Of a DNA stretch of 64,000 nucleotides, positions 1-9,363 are shown piece by piece. The number at the start of each line of letters is the position of its first letter. The stretch's first letter is position 1. A program made the translations under genes and the position numbers. The stretch is taken from NCBI GenBank assembly GCA_963773905.1, contig CAVZDB010000001.1, forward strand, positions 151,429-215,428. The letters are read 5' to 3'. The stretch comes from an uncultured Acidobacteriota bacterium. GTDB lineage: Bacteria; Acidobacteriota; Thermoanaerobaculia; UBA5066; Gp7-AA6. Under the pieces are notes generated by a model, which made no database searches, was not told the origin of the DNA, and saw only the letters and a program-made list of their open reading frames with translations.

Positions 1-176
1 ACGGCCCGTTCGCCGAGACGCGCGAACAGCTCGGCGGCTACTACATCATCCAGGCGAAGAACCTGGACGAGGCCACCGCGATCGCCGAGCGGGTGCCTTC
101 CTCGCAGATCGGCTCGATCGAGGTGCGTCCGATCCTCGACATGCCGGATTCCGCCGCGCGGCGGGCGGCCTCCTGA
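1..176 (+). CDS. YciI-family protein, C-terminal fragment (5' end outside window)
   Basis: Frame from nt 3 reads [48 protein letters not shown]... and ends at TGA 174-176. GC3-rich. YciI-like genes commonly precede this class of ECF sigma gene. Confidence 0.7.
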   Translation, partial: GPFAETREQLGGYYIIQAKNLDEATAIAERVPSSQIGSIEVRPILDMPDSAARRAAS

Positions 177-194
177 GTCGGGGCGCGCGAGAGG

Positions 195-1485
195 ATGGGG
201 CGGAGCTTCTCCCGCCCCATCGATCGAGCGCCTCTATCGGGCGGACTCCGGCCGGATCCTCGCGACCCTGATCCGCCTCGTCGGCGACTTCGATCTCGCC
301 GAGGAGGTCATGCAGGATGCCTTCGCCGCGGCGCTGGAGCGCTGGCCGGGCCACGGCGTCCCCGAGAACCCGCGCGCGTGGATCGTCGCGACGGCGCGCC
401 ACAAGGCGATCGACCGGCTCCGCCGAGACATCCGCTTCCGCGAGAAGCGCGACGAGCTCGCGCGCTGGGCGGCCCTCGAGGAGGACGCCCCGCCGGACTT
501 CGCGGATTCCGCCGACAACCGCGTTGCCGACGATCGCCTGCGCCTGATCTTCACCTGCTGCCATCCCGCGCTCGCCGTCGAGGTTCAGGTCCCGCTGACC
601 CTGCGCACGCTCGGCGGCCTGACCACCGAGGAGATCGCGCGGGCGTTCCTCGTGCCGGTTCCCACGATGGCGCAGCGTCTCGTGCGCGCGAAGCAGAAGA
701 TCCGCACCGCGCACATTCCGTACCGCGTGCCGCCCGACGACCGCCTCGAGGAGCGGCTCGACGCGGTGCTCGCCGTGCTGTACCTGATCTTCAACGAGGG
801 CTATGCCGCCACCTCGGGCTCGGAGCTCACCCGGCGCGAGCTCTGCGCCGAGGCGATCCGCCTCGCGCGCCTGCTCGCCGGACTGATGCCGCGCGCGCCG
901 GAGGCCCGCGCCCTGCTCGCGCTCATGCTGCTCCACGACTCGCGGCGCGACACGCGCCTCTCCGCCGGCGGCGAGCTCGTGCGCCTGGACGAGCAGGATC
1001 GGAGCGGATGGGATCCGGTGGAGATCCGCGAGGGCATCGCGCTCACGGAGAGGGCGCTCGCCGAGGGCGGACCCGGCCGCTACGCGTTACAGGCCGCGAT
1101 CGCCGCCGTTCATGCCGAGGCGAAGACGCCGGCCGACACGGACTGGCGGCAGATCGTCGCCCTCTACCGGCAGCTGCTCGCCCGCTTCCCTTCGCCGGTC
1201 GTCGAGCTCAACCACGCCGCCGCGGTGGCCGAGGCTCACGGTGCGGCGGACGGGCTCGCGCTGCTCGATGCGCTCGAGTCCCGCGGCGAGCTGTCGAGCT
1301 ATCACCTGCTGCCCGCGGCGCGGGGCCGGCTCCTCTCGCGCCTCCACCGCGAGGCGGAGGCGGCCGAGGCGTACCGTCGCGCCCTCGGGCTCGTCGGGAA
1401 CGACGCCGAGCGGCGGTTCCTGGAGCGCGAGCTGGCGCGCCTCGCGCCGGCCGGCCCGGGAAGCCTGGGGAGGAAGAGGGGCTAG
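195..1485 (+). CDS. ECF-type sigma-70 factor with long C-terminal extension; N-terminus apparently frameshifted
   Basis: ORF 310-1485 shows sigma region 2 ([22 protein letters not shown]) and a region 4 HTH ([31 protein letters not shown]), plus a ~190-aa extension. The conserved [29 protein letters not shown] continues upstream of 310 in the same frame with no ATG/GTG/TTG. The only ATG (195) is in the neighbouring frame. This implies a 1-nt indel near 212-226 or a non-canonical start. Confidence 0.8.
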
Positions 1486-1700
1486 ACCTCGCCGAGGGAC
1501 CGGATGCGAATGGCCGTCCGGGCGGATCCCAGGCGCGTCGGGTACACGGCCGGGAGAAGCGTGCCGTTCTTGATACGGCTGGGCTGGACGTTGATGCGAT
1601 GGCTGCAGTGGCCGCAGAGCGCGGTGCCATCCAGCCCGATCTCCGTCTCGTTGGTGCGGCTGCAGTCCCGGCATTTCCAGCGGCGCAAGGCTTGGGTCAC
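1482..1700 (-). CDS. small zinc-ribbon protein (CxxC...CxxC), unknown function
   Basis: 72-aa ORF with GTG start and strongly GC3-biased codons. It carries [11 protein letters not shown]...LCGHCSHRI cysteine pairs. Its stop overlaps the sigma gene stop by 4 nt (convergent). Confidence 0.55.
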   Translation of the reverse strand: MTQALRRWKCRDCSRTNETEIGLDGTALCGHCSHRINVQPSRIKNGTLLPAVYPTRLGSARTAIRIRSLGEV

Positions 1701-1808
1701 GGGATGTCGCTTTCTCGCCGAATACCGGCGACGGAAAGGGCTGTCCGGGGGCGGTCCGTCGGAGGAGTCGGAGGCTTACGACAGTATCATGGGGCCCCGG
1801 GCGGAGTG

Positions 1809-1943
1809 TGGTAGAGTCTGCGGGTTCTCGGTTCGCTCGCCTTTGCCAGACCCGTTCTGACGAATCCCGAACGAAAACACAACGAGAATGCGGAGCTCCG
1901 CGCCGGCGGCGCTTCGCGATCGCAACTTTGCCCGGCGACAAGG
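1809..1943 (+). promoter_or_regulatory. conserved leader / putative cis-regulatory RNA, copy A (paralogue at 60309-60448)
   Basis: 1812-1905 aligns with 60313-60408. The 47/48-nt core (1824-1870 vs 60325-60372) differs by 3 substitutions and one 1-nt indel. A TAGAGT -10-like hexamer lies at 1812-1817. Confidence 0.5.
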
Positions 1944-1952
1944 ATGGGTTCC

Positions 1953-2252
1953 ATGAAGCTTTACGTAGGCAATCTTCCGTACAACGTCTCTGACGATCAA
2001 CTGAGCGACATGTTCGCGCGATTCGGTACCCCCGACTCGGCGCGCGTGATCACCGACCGCGACACGGGCCAGTCGAAGGGGTTCGGCTTCGTCGAGTTTT
2101 CCGACGACGAGAAGGCCAAGCAGGCCCTGACGCTCGACGGCACCGACTTCGGCGGCCGCTCGCTCAAGGTCAACGAGGCGCGTCCCAAGACGGAAGGCGG
2201 CGCGGGCGGCGGCGGCAACCGCGGCGGCGGAGGCGGACGCTCCCGCTACTGA
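1953..2252 (+). CDS. RRM-type RNA-binding protein with Gly/Arg-rich tail
   Basis: MKLYVGNLPYNV (RNP-2) and KGFGFVEF (RNP-1) motifs, with tail GGAGGGGNRGGGGGRSRY. AAGGA lies upstream of ATG 1953; an in-frame ATG at 1944 overlaps that SD. Confidence 0.9.
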   Translation: MKLYVGNLPYNVSDDQLSDMFARFGTPDSARVITDRDTGQSKGFGFVEFSDDEKAKQALTLDGTDFGGRSLKVNEARPKTEGGAGGGGNRGGGGGRSRY

Positions 2253-2274
2253 TCTTTTCGATTCGCAAATTCAC

Positions 2275-2308
2275 GAGGCGGGAGAAAACTCCCGCCTCTT
2301 TCTTTTCC
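2275..2308 (+). terminator. rho-independent terminator
   Basis: GAGGCGGGAG-AAAA-CTCCCGCCTC, a perfect 10-bp stem, followed by TTTCTTTTCC. It sits 23 nt after the RRM stop, between convergent genes. Confidence 0.8.
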
Positions 2309-2322
2309 ATCCGACTTCGTTT

Positions 2323-2979
2323 TCAACCCGACACGCGAACGATTCGGACGTTGAAGTCCGCGGTCTTGAGCGCGCCCATCAGGGTCAACCAGAAGAGCAG
2401 GTAGGCCTCGGTCCCGCGCGCCGCGGCGATCGGGCCGAGGTCGTGCACGCGCGTCCAGCCGAGCTCCTTCAGGAGTGCGGTGACCCTCGCCTTGGCGTCC
2501 GCGTCGTTGCCGCACACGAAGAGATCGCTCTCCCCCCCGACCCGCCGCGGGTCGACCATCACGGCGGCGTTGACCGTGTTCAGGGCCTTCACGACGCGGG
2601 CGCCGGGAAACGCGTCCTGGATCCGTTCGCCGAGGGACTCGCCGTTTTGCCCGGTCTGCACCCGCGGCGGCATTCCCCTCGAGAAGTCGAGCGGGTTCGA
2701 GACGTCGACCACGACCTTGCCCTCGAGGTTCTCCCTCTTCGCCGCCCGCAGCGCCTCGAGCGCCTTCTCGCCGAGCGTGCAGCTCAGCACGATTTCGCCG
2801 AACGCGGCTGCCTCGGCGAAGGTGCCGGAAGAGGCGCCCTTCCCCGCGCCGGAGGCCCAGGCCTTGGCCTTCTCGTTCCCCGCCTCGCGCGCACCCATCC
2901 TCACCTCGTGCCCGAGCGCGACCAGCTTGCCCGCCAGGGTCGATCCCACCACTCCCGTTCCCAGGACTCCGATCTTCAT
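2323..2979 (-). CDS. NADPH-dependent F420 reductase-like NAD(P)-binding oxidoreductase
   Basis: 218 aa with an N-terminal Rossmann motif (MKIGVLGTGVVGSTLAGKL); length and layout fit the Npd/F420-reductase-like family. Confidence 0.8.
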   Translation of the reverse strand: MKIGVLGTGVVGSTLAGKLVALGHEVRMGAREAGNEKAKAWASGAGKGASSGTFAEAAAFGEIVLSCTLGEKALEALRAAKRENLEGKVVVDVSNPLDFSRGMPPRVQTGQNGESLGERIQDAFPGARVVKALNTVNAAVMVDPRRVGGESDLFVCGNDADAKARVTALLKELGWTRVHDLGPIAAARGTEAYLLFWLTLMGALKTADFNVRIVRVSG

Positions 2980-3054
2980 GAGGGCTCCCTCCTGAGACAG
3001 CTGTACGCGGCCACGGCGGTCCCGGGTTCGGGGTTCGAGGAACCCCGGGGCGGC

Positions 3055-3843
3055 TCACTTCACGAGGAAGCTGCGCATCGAGAGCGATCCGTAGCGGAAC
3101 CCCTCGTGCAGGGTGTGCACCCTCTCCCCCGGAGCCGCGGAGCCCAGGACGACGAAGATCGGATCGAAGTGGTCGCTCGTCGGAACGGCCGAGTCGGCGC
3201 TCGGCGCCTCCTCGCGGTAGGTCAGGATCGCCGCCACGTCCATCGCCTCGAGCCGCGCGGCCATCCAGTCGTCGAACGCGCGGGCCCAGGTCGCGACCCG
3301 GCCGGGGTCGTCGTCGGCGTCGATCCGGCGCAGGTTGTGCACGATCCCCCCGCTGCCCATCAGGAGCACGCCGTCGTTGCGCAACGGGCCGAGCACCGCG
3401 CCGATCTTGAGCGCGTCCTGCGGCCTGCGGGGTATGGGCAGCGAGACTTCGACGACGGGCACATCCGCCCTGGGAAAGAGGAATCGGAGCGGGACCCAGG
3501 CGCCGTGGTCGAGCCCGCGCCGCGCGTCCAGAGTCGCCGAGAGCCCGCTCCGGCCGAGGAGGTTCCGAATGCGCGCCGCGAGCTCCGGGTCGCCGCGCGC
3601 GACGTACTGGATCCGGTGAAGCTCGGGCGGGAAGCCGGAGAAATCGTGGATCGTCTCGGGCGCCTTCGACGCCGTGACCCGGATGGGCGTCGGCGCCTCG
3701 AAATGCGCCGAGATCGCCACGACCGCCTGAGGCCGCTCGACCGACGCGCCGAGCTGCCTGAGGCGCAGTCCCCAACCCTCGTTCTCGATCGCCACCATCG
3801 GCGAGCCGTGCGAGACGAACAGGGCGGGCAATCTTCCCGTCAT
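3055..3843 (-). CDS. class III extradiol ring-cleavage dioxygenase (4,5-DOPA dioxygenase-like)
   Basis: MTGRLPALFVSHGSPM...ISAHF...LDHGAWVPL...LLMGSGGIVHNL, typical of YgiD/LigB-type proteins. Start placed at internal ATG 3843 where similarity begins. Confidence 0.82.
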   Translation of the reverse strand: MTGRLPALFVSHGSPMVAIENEGWGLRLRQLGASVERPQAVVAISAHFEAPTPIRVTASKAPETIHDFSGFPPELHRIQYVARGDPELAARIRNLLGRSGLSATLDARRGLDHGAWVPLRFLFPRADVPVVEVSLPIPRRPQDALKIGAVLGPLRNDGVLLMGSGGIVHNLRRIDADDDPGRVATWARAFDDWMAARLEAMDVAAILTYREEAPSADSAVPTSDHFDPIFVVLGSAAPGERVHTLHEGFRYGSLSMRSFLVK

Positions 3844-4043
3844 GTCTTCGATTCCATGCAAGGCGAGGGCCCGCGGCGCGCGGATCGGGAGGGGGTCGAT
3901 CCGGCCCGGATGGCCGGTCGGCCCTCCCCGCATGCCGCGGCGCGTGCATGGAAGAGTAGACTGGAGCGAGCGCACACGATTTCGGACAATACGAGACGCG
4001 AGGAGGAGCTCTGACCAACCGGGACGGGCCTCTGCCGGGCACC

Positions 4044-4730
4044 GTGGACGAGGTCGTGCTGGGTCTCGACAATGTTCCGCTCGCCCTGCCGGTCGCGGGA
4101 GTCGGGTCTCGCGTGCTCGCGGCGTTTCTGGATGGACTCTTCCAGATGATCCTCCAGATCGTGTGGCTCATCGCCAGCTTCTCCTGGGCGTCGGGAATCG
4201 ACCATGCGAGCGCCTGGCGATTCGTCCTGTGGGGAGCGGGTGCGTTCGCGATCGACTGGGCCTACTACGCCGGGAGCGAGATCGCCATGCACGGCCGCAC
4301 CCTCGGCAAGAAGATCGTGGGTCTGCGCGTCGTCGCCGCAAACGGCGGGGCTGCGAGCGTCGGCTCGCTACTGACCCGCAACCTGCTCCGGACCGTCGAC
4401 ATTCTGGTGGGGGTTCCGCTGATGATTCTGGATCCGCTGTCGCGGCGCCTCGGCGACCGCCTCGCGGGAACGGTCGTGGTCCACGACCGCGCCTCGCGGG
4501 ACGAGCCCCTCCTGCGCCGCATCCCCCGCGGATGGCAGGCCGGCGACATCGCGCTGGTCGAGTCGCTGCTGCGCCGGGCCGAGGACCTGGAGACCCCGCG
4601 GGCGGACGCGATGGCCTCCCGCATCCTTGCGCGGCTGGAGCGCGAGGAGCCGAGCTTCCTCGAAGGTGCTCGCGGCGGAACCAATCCCATGGAGACCCTC
4701 CGCCGCGCATTCGGCATCGGAGGGTCCTGA
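4044..4730 (+). CDS. RDD-family membrane protein
   Basis: GTG start; hydrophobic segments; GRTLGKKIVGLRVV and LGDRLAGTVVV motifs typical of RDD domains. First gene of the coupled cluster. Confidence 0.8.
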   Translation: MDEVVLGLDNVPLALPVAGVGSRVLAAFLDGLFQMILQIVWLIASFSWASGIDHASAWRFVLWGAGAFAIDWAYYAGSEIAMHGRTLGKKIVGLRVVAANGGAASVGSLLTRNLLRTVDILVGVPLMILDPLSRRLGDRLAGTVVVHDRASRDEPLLRRIPRGWQAGDIALVESLLRRAEDLETPRADAMASRILARLEREEPSFLEGARGGTNPMETLRRAFGIGGS

Positions 4731-5698
4731 TGGACTATGGCGCCTTCCTCGCGCAGCGGGAGAAGGGCTGGACCGAGTTCGAGCTCCGCCTCGAAGAGGC
4801 GCAACGGCATCCCCGCGCGCTTTCCTACGAGGACGTCGAGCAGCTGGCGATGCGGTACCGACAGATTCTCCACGACGGCGGACTCGCCCAGGCTCGTTTC
4901 CCGGGGACCGGCGCGGCGAGACGGCTCGCGCATCTCTCGGTGCTCGCGACGCGCTTCCTCTATCAGGAGTCGCCCGAGGCGAGCTTTTCGCTGACGCGCT
5001 TCTGGACGAGGACCTTCCCACGCGCGTTTCAGCGCAACGCATCCAACCTGCTGGCCGCCGTGTTTCTCTTCGCGGTCGGAGCCGTCTTCGGGGTCGGCCT
5101 CGCCGCGGTCCAGCCCTCGCTCGCGACGTCGCTCCTCGGCCCGACGACCGTCGACGGGCTGCGCGACGGCCGGCTCTGGACCGAGTCTCTCGTGAACTCG
5201 GTTCCTCCATCGGTCTCGTCGTCCGCGATCGCACGGAACAACCTGAGCGTGGCCCTCGTGGGTTGGGCGGGCGGAGCACTCGCCGGCCTCGGCGCGCTCT
5301 ACATCCTCTTCCTGAACGGATTCCTTCTCGGCTCCGTGTTCGGCATCACGCTTCACTACTCCCTCGCCGACCGTCTCCTCGCGTTCGTCTCGGCCCACGG
5401 CCCCCTCGAGATCACCCTCATTCTCGTGGCCTCGGCCGCGGGCCTCCGCATGGGCCGCGCAATCGTCGAGGCCACCGACCGGCCTCGCCGCGACGTCCTG
5501 CGGCAGGCCGGCGGCGACGCGCTCGTCATCCTGTTCGGCTGTCTGCCCTGGTTCATCCCGCTCGGCTTCGTCGAGGGGTTCGTCTCGCCGGCGACGACCG
5601 TCCCCGCCGTCCTCAAGGTGTCGCTGGGGCTCTGCCTGTTCGCGTTTTTTCTGCTCACGGCGTGGAACCCCTTCCTGCGAGAGGAGACCGCATCATGA
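4730..5698 (+). CDS. stage II sporulation protein M-like (DUF95) membrane protein
   Basis: ATG overlaps the upstream stop (TGATG at 4728-4732). Soluble N-terminal part followed by about 5 TM segments (NNLSVALVGWAGG...HGPLEITLILVASAAG). Confidence 0.78.
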   Translation: MDYGAFLAQREKGWTEFELRLEEAQRHPRALSYEDVEQLAMRYRQILHDGGLAQARFPGTGAARRLAHLSVLATRFLYQESPEASFSLTRFWTRTFPRAFQRNASNLLAAVFLFAVGAVFGVGLAAVQPSLATSLLGPTTVDGLRDGRLWTESLVNSVPPSVSSSAIARNNLSVALVGWAGGALAGLGALYILFLNGFLLGSVFGITLHYSLADRLLAFVSAHGPLEITLILVASAAGLRMGRAIVEATDRPRRDVLRQAGGDALVILFGCLPWFIPLGFVEGFVSPATTVPAVLKVSLGLCLFAFFLLTAWNPFLREETAS

Positions 5699-6603
5699 TC
5701 GAAACCGCCGCCCCCTCGGAACCGATCCCCTTCCGCGTTCTGCTCGACGAGGCCATGAAGCTCACGCGCCGCCACTTCGGCCGGCTCTTTCTCCCGGTGG
5801 CCGTTCCGCTGGCGATCGTCGCGGGTCTCGTCACGGTCGTTCAGGTCGGCTTCCTGGCCGACGTGTATCGCTCGGCCTCGCCCGCGATGATGTTCAGCGG
5901 GCGGGGCTGCGTCGTCTTCGTGGGGTTGCTCCTCGTCTGGATGCTGATGCGTGCTCTCGCATCGGTCGTGTTGACCGCGGCCGCCGTCGACGGGGCCTCT
6001 CAGCGGCCGATCGACGTCGGAACGAGCTGGCGGTTTCTGCTTCAGCCCTCGACGCTGGGCACGGTGATCCTCTCGCTCCTCGTGATCTCAATCGGCTTCG
6101 TCTTCCTCGTCCTTCCGGGAATCTATCTCGGCCTGGGCTTCTCCCTGCTCCTCCCGGTGATGGCGGCGGAGGGCCTCCGCGGAACCGCCGCGATGAAACG
6201 GAGCTGGACTCTCGTTCGCTACAATCCTCACAAGCGCTTCTTCCAGAACACCGCGACGAAGGTCTTTGTGCTCTACCTCGTCGCCGGGCTCATCGCCTAC
6301 GCGCTCGGCCTGCTGATCCAGCTCCCCTTGACCCTGGCCATGGGCGTGCGCGCGGCGCGCACCGTCGCCGGAGGAGGAACCCCGGCGGCGGTCACCGCGA
6401 ACTACTGGCTGCAGGTGCCGTCGGCGATTCTCCAGTCGCTCATCTCGACGGCGATCGCGATCTACACCTCCTTCGGTATCGTGCTCCTCTACATGGACGT
6501 GGTCCGCCGCAAGGAGGGAGGCGAGCTCGCCTCGGCGATCGATGCGCGGTTCGGAGCGGCTCCGGAAGCGGCACCGACTCCGCCGGGGACGACGCCGGCG
6601 TGA
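5695..6603 (+). CDS. multi-pass membrane protein, unknown function
   Basis: ATGA overlap with the upstream stop (5695-5698). Six or so hydrophobic helices; GC3-rich. Confidence 0.7.
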   Translation: MIETAAPSEPIPFRVLLDEAMKLTRRHFGRLFLPVAVPLAIVAGLVTVVQVGFLADVYRSASPAMMFSGRGCVVFVGLLLVWMLMRALASVVLTAAAVDGASQRPIDVGTSWRFLLQPSTLGTVILSLLVISIGFVFLVLPGIYLGLGFSLLLPVMAAEGLRGTAAMKRSWTLVRYNPHKRFFQNTATKVFVLYLVAGLIAYALGLLIQLPLTLAMGVRAARTVAGGGTPAAVTANYWLQVPSAILQSLISTAIAIYTSFGIVLLYMDVVRRKEGGELASAIDARFGAAPEAAPTPPGTTPA

Positions 6604-7280
6604 CCGCCCTCGCCGCGTGGGCGGCCGCCGCCGCCCTGTCCGCCCGGAACCCGCGGGCGGCCGATCTCGCGCCATTCGTGCTCCACCCCGCGGATGAGGA
6701 TCTCCTGACCCGCGTGCTCACGGAGACGCACGTGGCGCGGAGTCCGGCGCGGCCCGCGCTCACCGCGTGGCTCGGCACGCTCGTCGAGGCGGCGCTGCGG
6801 AGGGTCGGCGTCTTCGCGGAACGGATGGGCCTCGGCACGGGTTTGATCGAGGCGGCGGAGCGGATCGCGATCGTCCTACTGCTCCTCGCGGCCGTGGCGG
6901 TCGTCCTGGTCGCCGTCCGCCGCGTGAGCGCCTGGCGGATGCGGGCGCGGCCGGCCCCGCCCGTGCCGGCCTGGGAGGAGGTGACGCGGGAAACGAGACC
7001 CGACGACTCGCGCGAATGGAGGCGGAGGATCGAGGAGCGTCTCGCCCGGGGCGACGTCCCCGGCGCGCTCGAGGCCGTCTGGTGGTGGCTCGCGCTCTCG
7101 CTCGCGCCGCAGTCCGGAGTCGACGCGAGCTGGACCACGCGTGAGCTCCTTCAGAGAGCACACAGGCCGGAGCTCCTGCCGGTGGGCGCAGGCCTCGACG
7201 TCCTGATGTACGGCCGGCGAAGCCCGTCGCGCGAGGACGTCCGCGTCTGCCTCGCGCGTCTCGAGGAGCGCCTGGCGTGA
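6600..7280 (+). CDS. DUF4129-like membrane-anchored protein
   Basis: GTGA overlap at 6600-6603. One central TM (IAIVLLLLAAVAVVLVAV). C-terminal SWTTRELLQRA...LDVLMYGRRSPS resembles DUF4129. Confidence 0.68.
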   Translation: MTALAAWAAAAALSARNPRAADLAPFVLHPADEDLLTRVLTETHVARSPARPALTAWLGTLVEAALRRVGVFAERMGLGTGLIEAAERIAIVLLLLAAVAVVLVAVRRVSAWRMRARPAPPVPAWEEVTRETRPDDSREWRRRIEERLARGDVPGALEAVWWWLALSLAPQSGVDASWTTRELLQRAHRPELLPVGAGLDVLMYGRRSPSREDVRVCLARLEERLA

Positions 7281-8371
7281 GCCGAAGGATGGCGGCGCTC
7301 TCCGCCCTCGCCCTGGTCGCGCTCTCGACCCTCGCCCTTCTGGTCCGCAGGCCCGAGACGGCCGACGCGAGCGCGCTCTCGGCCTCCCCGGGCGGCTGGC
7401 TCGCCGCACGGACATACCTCGAGCACCGCGGCGATCAGGTCCGTCTCCTGGACCGACCTCTCGATCGGGCCCCCCAGGGAGAGGCCCTCATCCTGGGTTT
7501 CCCCTCGCAGGGGATCGCGACCCGCGAGGAGCTCGCGTCCCTCCGGCAGAGGCTCCTTTCCGGCGGCACGGTCGTGTTCGCCTACTCCGGGCAGAAGCCC
7601 GGGTTGGGCGAGAAGTTCGCGGCCTCGGAGCTCGGGATGGCCTTCGCCGAGGCGCGCGGCGAAACGCCGCTCTCGCCGCTCCGGTGGTGGGAATTCGTCA
7701 ACGCCGAGTGGCGCCTGAAGCCGGAGGAGGGATTCGCCCCTGCGGGACCGGCGCCGCGCGAGGTCGTCGTCCGCGCGCCCGACAGGATTCCCACGGCCCC
7801 GCCGGACGCCGAGGTCCTGTTCCGTGGCCAGGGAGACAAGCCCGCGGTCTTCCGCAGCGCGCTGGGCCGCGGCCGCGTGCTCTGGATGCCCGCGGACGCG
7901 CTCTCGAACGCGCGCCTCGGGAACCCGGGCAACGCAGACTTGTTGGAGTCGCTTCGAGTCTTCCTCGGGCCCGCGATCGTCTTCGACGAATACCACCACG
8001 CGATCGTGTCGCCGGAAGCGGTCCCGCGGTCCGGCGCCGGCGCGAGCCTCGATGTGTTGTTGATCGAGCTCCTGGGGCTGTATCTCCTCGCGGCCTGGGC
8101 CCTGGGACGCCGATTCGGACCCTCGTGGCGGGAGCCGCCCGAGATCGCCAGCTCGACCTCAGCGTTCCTGCTCGGCCTCGGCGCGCTGCATCGACGTCTC
8201 CGTCATGCGGCGCCCGCCGCGCTTCGCCTCATCGACGGGGCGGCGAGCTACGACCACCGTGTCCAGGTTCCCGAATCGCTTCGCCAGATCGCGCGCGACG
8301 CGAGGGACGAATCCTTGCTCGACATTGCGCGGTTCGTCGCGCGGCGGCAGCGCCGCGGGAGGTTGGACTGA
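7277..8371 (+). CDS. DUF4350-like protein (N- and C-terminal TM segments)
   Basis: GTGA overlap at 7277-7280. Signal/anchor MAALSALALVALSTLALLV; the layout resembles DUF4350 proteins found next to MoxR/DUF58. Confidence 0.68.
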   Translation: MSRRMAALSALALVALSTLALLVRRPETADASALSASPGGWLAARTYLEHRGDQVRLLDRPLDRAPQGEALILGFPSQGIATREELASLRQRLLSGGTVVFAYSGQKPGLGEKFAASELGMAFAEARGETPLSPLRWWEFVNAEWRLKPEEGFAPAGPAPREVVVRAPDRIPTAPPDAEVLFRGQGDKPAVFRSALGRGRVLWMPADALSNARLGNPGNADLLESLRVFLGPAIVFDEYHHAIVSPEAVPRSGAGASLDVLLIELLGLYLLAAWALGRRFGPSWREPPEIASSTSAFLLGLGALHRRLRHAAPAALRLIDGAASYDHRVQVPESLRQIARDARDESLLDIARFVARRQRRGRLD

Positions 8372-8372
8372 C

Positions 8373-9353
<981 letters not shown>

Positions 9354-9363
9354 CGGATCCCGC

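Noticed and set aside
195-1814. 539-aa ORF in the frame of ATG 195 spanning the sigma gene.
   Set aside because: Beyond the first few codons its translation is Arg/Pro/Gly low complexity. The neighbouring frame carries all the sigma-70 motifs. Only the ATG itself is likely used, through a frame correction.
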